From the NCBI GenBank assembly GCA_963924565.1, contig OZ004607.1:24304001-24368000 (forward strand): a stretch of DNA of 64,000 bases. Reading direction: 5' to 3'. Below are positions 60,901-64,000 of the stretch, in pieces (the stretch's first letter is position 1; each line of letters opens with the position of its first letter). This DNA comes from Ascidiella aspersa (Eukaryota). The position numbers and the translations under genes are program-made. The notes under the pieces are model-generated. The model was not told the DNA's origin and did no database searches. It saw only the letters and a program-made list of their open reading frames with translations.

Positions 60901-63661
60901 AGAGGTTCCCAAACTTTTTTATTCCGTGGCCTAATTTTATTTCATAAAACAGTTTGTGGCCCACCATTTGCCGTTAGGTTATTGTAATCCCAATTTATGC
61001 CTACATAGTCGGACAATTTCCCATTTAAAAACATTGATTCTAACAACATCCAAATAATCCATTTTTAGTTCCGGCTCATTTTAGATTGGAATTAAATATC
61101 TCGATAAAAACAAACTGAATTTAAAATTAAGTGCCGTGCTAACAGCGTAACGAAACAAACATATGTCGTGAGATTTTGCCTTTACGTATATAGTTTTCAA
61201 ATAGCCAACAAAATTGCCCCCTTTCTATTAGTATACCATATTTAGTTGCAATATTTGTAAATACCTCTATGGCCCAATGAAAATAGTCTTGTGGCCCAAA
61301 CTGTGGGCCATGGCCCCAAAACCCCTAGTATAGTTGATTCCCCCAAAAACATGACATTTTAAACTAATGTGTTTTTTTTAAAAGAGAGGATTAGTTTAGA
61401 TTAGAGTAAACAAGCCAAATGTTTGTGCAAACAATTCGAAACTTGTATACTTGGTAGGGGCGCACGTGGATATTTTTATTTCGATATGATTTGATTTTCC
61501 TTCTAACATAATTTTCCATGCATCGTTTTATCTTGATGCTTTATAATAGCCGAGGGGGTTTCTTACGTAAATAGTTACTGATTGTAATTTTTTTTTAACA
61601 AACTATATTACCATTTCCGAATTACAATGTTCCATTTTGGAGCATAATGGTTGGAGGTAGTAGTAAGATGTAATAAAAATACCAAAGCCCATACAGAAGT
61701 AGGTATCATTTGAACGTTTCGAATATATCTTCGCTCAGGGAGTTTACTACAATGGCTGTACTCCGTCGTGGATTACCAAGTACGAACTGCGCACAAGCGA
61801 CAATGCCACGCACTGGACCACTTACCCTAACAAGTTCGAGGGCAACTTCGACGACGAGTGCCCAGTTAAACGAGATGTTCTGCCTCTGGTTTCTGGACGA
61901 CATTTCCGAATCTACCCCCTCGAGTCCAACGAGAAACGAGCTTTGCGGTTTGAAATCTACGGTTGTCAAGCGTGTGGTGAGTACATGGGTTCACTTTACA
62001 CACATTAATTCTCTTGGTTTTATATAACCCATTAATCGTGTATTAGTGCTGTACTTTAACCCCGAACAATGTTCAATGTCAAGTCTTAAGTCATTTTCAT
62101 AGCAAACCAAATCAGCAATCAAAGTAAATAATATACACTATTTAAAATGATAACTTTTTTCCATTGTAAGAATTATTTTGCATCGCAAACACGTAAACAA
62201 ATAAATAGCAACCATACTTGCTTGCCTCGAATGTAATGAGTTAAAACCGTTACTTATTTTACCCATTTTGCCTAAGGGACAATTATTAAGTCCAAGGCCA
62301 TTCTTTTGTCCAAAAGAAACTTACGTCTAGGTATTTCAGATGAAGTACTAATAAGTCATATCATTTTAATACGGTGTCTTAGGTAACTAATTACAATGAT
62401 TCTTCGTTTTATGAATACAAAGTATAGCTTACGCTAATGCGAAATCCGTTCTTTTAAGCTGAGGCCAGGCACTGTTAAACGACGTTTCAATCACTAAAAT
62501 TGTTATAGATTGCTGTGACCCTCTGGGTGTGGAAAGTTGTGAGGTTTGGGACAGTCAAATGAGCGCCTCGTCGACATACGGTCTGCGTTGCAGCACCTGC
62601 TCCAGCTACAGAGCTATGTATGCCCACAACGCGCGACTGCATTATGGCACGTTTTTTGGAAAAGGTTGGATGCCTGCTTCAGGCGACGCAGAACCCTGGC
62701 TCCAAATAGATTTCGTGCTCCAGAAGAACATAACCGGTGTCATTACACAAGGTCAGCATTTTGATTGGCATTTCGCTATTTTTTACATGTTTAAAAAAAT
62801 CGTTTAGATTGCCAAACATACAAAATATCAAGCTGTTAAGGTTTTGATGTAAATAACCGCTGAAAATGTAATCTAACTGAGAACAAAAACTCGAGTAGTT
62901 ATATTAAAAAAACAATACTTTAAGTCAGTTATAATCTTGTTAATGTAGTTTATTAATATTTCGTTGAACGTTGTGTGTAACTTAAGTTGTTTAGTTATCG
63001 CATACCATACCGGTAATGCAATATATTTGATTTTTACCCTTAGGCGGCCAGTATCGATGGAAACGATCCTATGTGAAAACATTTAACGTGTCCTTCAGTT
63101 CCGATGGCGGGAATTGGACAATGATGAACGAGGTACCTACGCCATACATTAAGTTCTTCGTTGTTTTTCATTTATACAAATGATACTCTACTGCCAAAGT
63201 TGACATAACGGAGTCAATTTTTGTGACAAAATAACATGTTTGGAAAACAAATGACAAATTTTACAAAATAAACGCATAACCGTATAGCATTTCGAACAGA
63301 ACTACTCATAGGTCCTTCGATATAGAGGCGAAGTATACCTACAGTTTCTAATCTGTTTTACAATGCAAGACAATATTGCGTTTTGACATTAGAACATGTT
63401 ATTAATTTTTCTGACACACAATCACAAAAAACACTGTTACAGACGTTCGAGGGAAACACGGACTGCTCAGGCACAACGAAGACAACGTTCGAGCGGGCCT
63501 TCATCGCACGGTACATTCGAATCCACACGATATCATCCGTGGGAGGCGGTGCCCTGAGACTCGAGGTTCTCGGATGTCGCCCTCTTAAACCCGTCAAACC
63601 CAAGAGCAATGTCGACAGTTACCCGGACAGCGACGGCAACTCCTTTTTGCCACCTTACTAA
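1..63661 (+). CDS. Giant multi-exon, probably secreted extracellular protein, 5'-partial, >8,400 aa: Gly-rich repeats, EGF array, 2x(VWD-LamG-C8-like), EGF-EGF-F5/8C-F5/8C
   Basis: Hand-traced GT-AG exons with compatible phases: 1-604,1016-1323,1687-2267,2857-3098,3361-3490,3581-4338,4515-4714,5177-5350,6275-6456,7067-7383,7784-7941,8066-8219,8402-8655,9089-9319,10302-10543,10864-11147,11464-11672,11812-12023,12132-12284,12348-12489,12742-12868,13014-13110,13332-13522,13869-13977,14051-14190,14271-14351,14591-14803,14955-15072,15694-15850,16196-16300,17104-17302,17758-17922,19352-19480,19670-19838,20304-20493,20821-21009,21314-21481,21732-21914,22182-22423,22485-22685,22965-23231,23451-23592,23672-23776,24024-24200,24273-24360,24562-24804,24933-25188,25687-25819,26262-26681,26932-27074,27547-28125,28623-28780,29061-29217,29419-29665,29773-29970,30636-30817,31393-31696,31938-32295,32548-32871,32945-33151,33222-33307,33666-34478,34697-35541,35630-35780,35845-35964,36110-36231,36652-36841,37655-37896,38678-38845,39587-39820,40184-40343,40758-40926,41834-41958,42267-42476,43017-43267,43647-44145,44725-44898,45303-45569,45963-46139,46834-46998,47442-47603,48315-48536,49123-49296,49672-49820,50392-50492,50617-50761,50991-51202,51276-51399,51727-51970,52522-52724,52858-52952,53060-53224,53405-53540,53894-54367,54897-55164,55502-55972,56355-56707,56947-58330,58468-58735,59175-59396,59597-59736,59795-59902,60214-60346,60737-60830,61739-61976,62509-62751,63044-63132,63443-63661. 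The sum is 25,400 nt; minus 2 leading nt this is 8,466 whole codons including the stop. Repeat motifs continue across junctions. Individual boundaries may be off by a few nt. Confidence 0.88.
711..870. mobile_element. Palindromic MITE-like repeat; related single arms at about 9531-9580 and 61639-61687
   Basis: Arms tagacgtaacattagtatcaaaga (727-750) and tctttgatactcattctacgtcta (831-854). The motif ggagcataatggttggaggt.gtagtaaga.gtaataa recurs in two other introns. Confidence 0.55.
1296..1630 (+). repeat. Three degenerate tandem copies (about 115-120 bp) starting in the last codons of exon 2
   Basis: ttaa[c/t]gaaatgctcggt at 1297, 1417 and 1532, each followed by aagcaag.tc.aa. Confidence 0.8.
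2456..2736. mobile_element. Non-autonomous hAT (Buster/Charlie-like) MITE
   Basis: TIR CAGTGGTTTTCAA / TTGAGAACCACTG with a perfect 8-bp TSD CGTTATGA on both sides. Confidence 0.9.
3165..3328. repeat. 40-bp minisatellite, 4 copies
   Basis: Unit tgataaagatttatttgtgctattttaaaaattagtattc. Confidence 0.92.
4881..5150. mobile_element. Truncated copy of the AAGTC-rich hAT-like MITE (full copy at 30062-30439)
   Basis: Starts CAGTGTAGTAA, has many AAGTCA subterminal repeats, and shares tgttaaactatt.aaattg.taaact.gt with the 30 kb copy. Confidence 0.7.
6488..6899. mobile_element. Degenerate hAT-like MITE
   Basis: CAGTGTTTGGCAAAC / GTTTGCCGACCACAG ends with GCGGCC subterminal motifs. No TSD retained. 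Confidence 0.6.
8700..9088 (+). repeat. Two degenerate tandem copies (period about 225 bp), each with a hammerhead-like core
   Basis: aatact[a/g]atgaagacta...gtagg..ttgaaa.cgttgta...gtaaagcaa...attctaaactgtttcgga occurs twice. Confidence 0.75.
9675..10130. mobile_element. Non-autonomous hAT MITE
   Basis: Perfect 16-bp TIR CAGGGGTTCCCAACCT / AGGTTGGGAACCCCTG. Flanks ctatatgc and cagaatatgc form an imperfect TSD. Confidence 0.85.
10681..10866 (+). repeat. Tandem duplication (period about 125 bp) including the 3' splice-site region
   Basis: gcctaaagagtagcctactttgt...tgattatgctaaa...tctgattt occurs at 10681 and 10806. Confidence 0.8.
16337..17070. mobile_element. Long-TIR (foldback/Mutator-like) element filling most of intron 30
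   Basis: Inverted arms 16450-16499 and 16930-16979 (gcaccgctt.gaacaaaaa.ca...ttataatat) with weaker outward extension and a purine-rich core. Confidence 0.55.
17599..17702. mobile_element. About 104-bp palindromic MITE; related arms at about 5540-5600 and 36888-36960
   Basis: TAAGACTGTTTATAAAAACAAATAAAACATAAAACCATTTCTTA / TAAGAAATGATTTTATGTTTTTTCTGTTTTCATAAACAGTCTTA. Confidence 0.75.
18012..19155. mobile_element. Non-autonomous hAT element, host of a nested insertion
   Basis: Perfect 16-bp TIR CAGGGGTTCCCAACCT, GTGGTACGCG subterminal repeats at both ends, perfect TSD CTTTATAA (18004-18011 and 19156-19163). Confidence 0.93.
18430..19079. mobile_element. Nested hAT MITE inside 18012-19155
   Basis: TIR CAGTGGTTCTTAACC / GGTGAAGAACCACTG (14/15), GGGGGCGC subterminal motifs, flanks ttctacaa and taatacaa (6/8). 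Confidence 0.85.
19903..20197. mobile_element. Degenerate hAT-like MITE
   Basis: Right end GTTTTGTAACCCCTG, decayed left end, GCGGGCC/GCGGTCC motifs, and ctctaaa on both flanks. Confidence 0.5.
25929..26179. mobile_element. PIF/Harbinger (Tourist)-like MITE
   Basis: About 30-bp TIR GTCCCGTTTACACTACCGCAGCGCTGAGGT / ACCTCAGTTCAGCTGTAGTGTGAACGGGCC, TAA on the left flank, internal TTCACGCTTTGCT repeats. Confidence 0.7.
27248..27520. mobile_element. hAT-like MITE
   Basis: TAGTGGTTCTCAAA / TTTGGGAATCACTG with flanks gtataaag and gtataagt. Confidence 0.75.
28156..28530. mobile_element. CGATAC-rich hAT-like MITE, family copy 1
   Basis: Colinear with 38008-38399 (gatacc.atacccg.tattttggacaaaa.tatcgc.atcc; aaattgaaacattaaaag; cgcaaatcatgg.tg.aatt.ttgtat; acgagta.cgatactac). 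Confidence 0.75.
30062..30439. mobile_element. AAGTC-rich hAT-like MITE, full copy
   Basis: Perfect 11-bp TIR CAGTGTTGTAA / TTACAACACTG, TSD gtaccaaa and gtaccaac (7/8), many CAAGTCA subterminal repeats. Confidence 0.88.
34109..50761 (+). CDS. Segment: tenascin/teneurin-type EGF array (about 55 modules, about 1,870 aa)
   Basis: Repeated CxxHGxC...CxCxxG[WY]xGxxC pattern. Twelve CPGxPDC-type markers near 34975, 35368, 35958, 37728, 39637, 40868, 42470, 43829, 44829, 46058, 47573, 49266. Confidence 0.9.
37062..37168. repeat. Near-perfect interrupted palindrome (hairpin)
   Basis: Outer arms 37062-37086 and 37144-37168 match 24/25; inner arms 37089-37098 and 37129-37138 match 10/10. Confidence 0.88.
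37432..37615 (+). mobile_element. Dispersed about 184-bp repeat with internal tRNA-like core (37459-37532), copy 1
   Basis: A box TAGCTCAGTTGG, D stem GCTC/GAGC, T stem GTGAG/CTCAC, acceptor GCCTGTG/TGCAGGC. Aligns end to end with 52047-52229. Confidence 0.8.
38008..38399. mobile_element. CGATAC-rich hAT-like MITE, family copy 2
   Basis: Ac-like ends TAGGGAT / ATCCCTA, CCGATA subterminal repeats, homologous to 28156-28530. Confidence 0.78.
39010..39085. mobile_element. Orphan right end of a hAT MITE
   Basis: CGCGGACCCC twice followed by AGTTTAAGAACCACTG. No matching left TIR found. Confidence 0.55.
41153..41806. mobile_element. Degenerate hAT-like element
   Basis: CAGGGGTGAAAGT / AGTTTCAGCACTG with flanks cttaaact and tctaaact (6/8). 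Confidence 0.55.
42508..42779. mobile_element. Degenerate hAT-like MITE
   Basis: CAGTTGTTTTCAAACT / AGTTTGAGAAAAACTG with TGCGT[TC]GC-type subterminal motifs. Confidence 0.6.
44121..44493 (+). repeat. 172-bp tandem duplication of an exon 3' end, its donor site and the intron start
   Basis: tactgcgacgaaccgg(g)ttgcccag|gta at 44121 and 44293, followed by aagtagcatcaagtaacaagt...aagtttcaatgttacctttacacgc in both. Confidence 0.92.
45663..45752 (+). mobile_element. Internally deleted copy of the tRNA-core repeat
   Basis: ggtcccggtatgaccgga.tcgtgag...gcaggctagttgtttttctagcctgaccttgcttgc matches the copies at 37.4 kb and 52.0 kb. Confidence 0.75.
46296..46533 (+). mobile_element. Possible SINE/LINE 3' fragment with a (CCTTTA/CTTTA)n tail
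   Basis: GC-richer about 190-bp intronic block ending in ccctttaccctttaccttactcttactttctttactttc. Single copy in the window. Confidence 0.35.
47967..48235. mobile_element. CGATAC-rich MITE, family copy 3 (degenerate)
   Basis: tagtggtgtctgatacttg...cgcgatccgacgcgatacc...ttattactatg...gtatcgaat...acgagtaccgata. Confidence 0.55.
48751..49085. mobile_element. Degenerate hAT-like MITE
   Basis: Left end CAGTGTTCCCTCT with TGCGCA subterminal motifs at both ends. Right TIR decayed. Confidence 0.45.
50991..51399 (+). CDS. Segment: about 110-aa non-EGF beta-rich domain (PLVNC...WFGYNN...GPSNHF...GQVTQFYPG...VFSV...HWYL)
   Basis: Two exons (50991-51202, 51276-51399) in frame between EGF modules. The motif string resembles an unnamed domain of bacterial secreted proteins (from recall, not searched). 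Confidence 0.6.
51727..55900 (+). CDS. Segment: cassette 1, EGF/laminin-EGF, VWD, LamG/pentraxin-like, C8-like
   Basis: VWD: HFTTFDGALYNMQGSGDYIL and SGLFVSCNSDPKDDF...FTETWK. LamG-like: WYHIAVTW, GSIVFGQ, LDEVRVWNVELS, LASLWTF. C8-like: CQAMIYSQQLNDSC...YFYQTCVSDC...VVAFADFC. Confidence 0.75.
52047..52229 (+). mobile_element. Dispersed about 183-bp repeat with internal tRNA-like core (52074-52147), copy 2
   Basis: B box GAGTTCAAACC inside a perfect GTGAG/CTCAC stem. Colinear with 37432-37615 including 27 nt upstream and about 82 nt downstream of the core. Confidence 0.8.
54622..54668. repeat. 24-bp perfect tandem duplication
   Basis: ccataaggtcatgcacacttgta(t) twice. Confidence 0.9.
55920..59396 (+). 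CDS. Segment: cassette 2, EGF/laminin-EGF, VWD, LamG/pentraxin-like, C8-like
   Basis: CPGGAANACSGVGTC parallels CPGGGFNPCFGHGTC of cassette 1. VWD: HITFDGLTYRLPTDGEFVML. LamG-like: FVGSIDECHLW, LAGVWTFDEGAG. C8-like: AKEACESAL...PFC...FMEQCMRD...ADSYIAVC. Confidence 0.72.
58506..58640 (+). repeat. Coding 9-bp tandem repeat encoding a (GGS/GGT)n linker of about 45 aa
   Basis: GGSGGSGGSGGSGGSGGTGGSGGSGGTGGGSGGTGGSSGGSGSGS in exon 58468-58735. Confidence 0.85.
59448..59556. repeat. 39-bp minisatellite, about 2.8 copies
   Basis: Unit ggcttgcaaagtatttaaactggagttttgatatcttct. Confidence 0.92.
59597..59902 (+). CDS. Segment: two Notch-type EGF domains, the second with a Ca-binding consensus
   Basis: DPCISNPCQNDGVC...YQCNCTCGWNGTNCE and NINECEVHLCQNGGECIDEICGYHCVCPAGYAGFFCQ. 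Confidence 0.88.
60214..63661 (+). CDS. Segment: two F5/8 type C (discoidin) domains and C-terminus
   Basis: First: CMNALGME...QLSASS...ARLN...NAW...PWIQVSF...ITAIATQG...FEGNFD...RIYP...LRFEIYGC. Second: CDPLGVE...QMSASS...ARL...PWLQIDF...ITGVITQG...YVKTFNVSFSSDG...FEGNTD...ARYIRI...LRLEVLGC. Stop TAA at 63659-63661. Confidence 0.92.
60900..61327. mobile_element. hAT MITE with damaged right TIR
   Basis: Left CAGAGGTTCCCAAAC, right ...AACCCCTA, GTGGCCC subterminal motifs, perfect TSD GTATAGTT. Confidence 0.85.
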
Positions 63662-63733
63662 AACAATTTTCTTTTTTAGTGTTTTAGGTGAAAACTGTAG
63701 CTTTTTTTATCAGTTGTCGATTCTGTAGATATT

Positions 63734-63739
63734 AATAAA
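63734..63739 (+). promoter_or_regulatory. Candidate polyadenylation signal AATAAA
   Basis: AATAAA 73 nt after the stop codon, followed by a GT/T-rich tract (gtttgttgttttcttgtg) about 20-35 nt downstream. Confidence 0.6.
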
Positions 63740-64000
63740 CGGTAGAGGCATTTAACGTTTGTTGTTTTCTTGTGATTTGGAATAAGCTAAGCAGAACAGA
63801 TAAAAGGTACTAATACCTGTTATAAAGCTATATTTATTACTTACAAATTAAAAATAACTTTAACGTTTGAAGTTTGAACAGACTAACGTGGCTGTTTACG
63901 GAGGGGACAGCGCATAATGGTTTAAATAATGATTAATTAAACTCAAAATTTCACCTCATCTGTAGAGTTCCGTTATGTATTATCTGTAAGATGAGCAAAG

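Noticed and set aside
1-63661. Assigning a known gene symbol (tenascin, teneurin, hemolectin, SCO-spondin, MFGE8)
   Set aside because: It lacks FN3 and fibrinogen domains (tenascin), NHL/YD repeats and a TM segment (teneurin), and TIL/TSP1/CTCK domains (hemolectin, SCO-spondin). Only sub-modules are shared.
1-63661. Non-canonical introns, recoding or pseudogene status
   Set aside because: Every junction could be resolved with GT-AG and the total length is a whole number of codons, so no frameshift or readthrough is required.

Overview
Eukaryotic genomic DNA with AT-rich introns (shortest about 58-64 nt) and GC-richer exons. The style fits a compact invertebrate genome such as an ascidian, but that is an inference. 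The window is essentially one gene on the + strand. I traced 108 GT-AG exons by hand between position <1 and a TAA at 63659-63661. They sum to 25,400 nt and splice into one uninterrupted frame of about 8,465 aa; the N-terminus lies upstream of the window. Domain order: about 10.5 tandem glycine-rich repeats of roughly 430-480 aa (about 4,600 aa), then about 55 tenascin-like EGF modules mostly built from 12 four-EGF super-repeats, then a small beta domain I recall mainly from bacterial surface proteins, then two copies of an EGF-VWD-LamG-C8-like cassette, then a lactadherin-like EGF-EGF-F5/8C-F5/8C end. There is no transmembrane segment. Introns hold many hAT-type and other MITEs (one nested), a dispersed repeat with an internal tRNA-like core, decayed hammerhead-like motifs and several tandem duplications that copy splice sites. 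All family assignments come from motif recognition; no database search was run.
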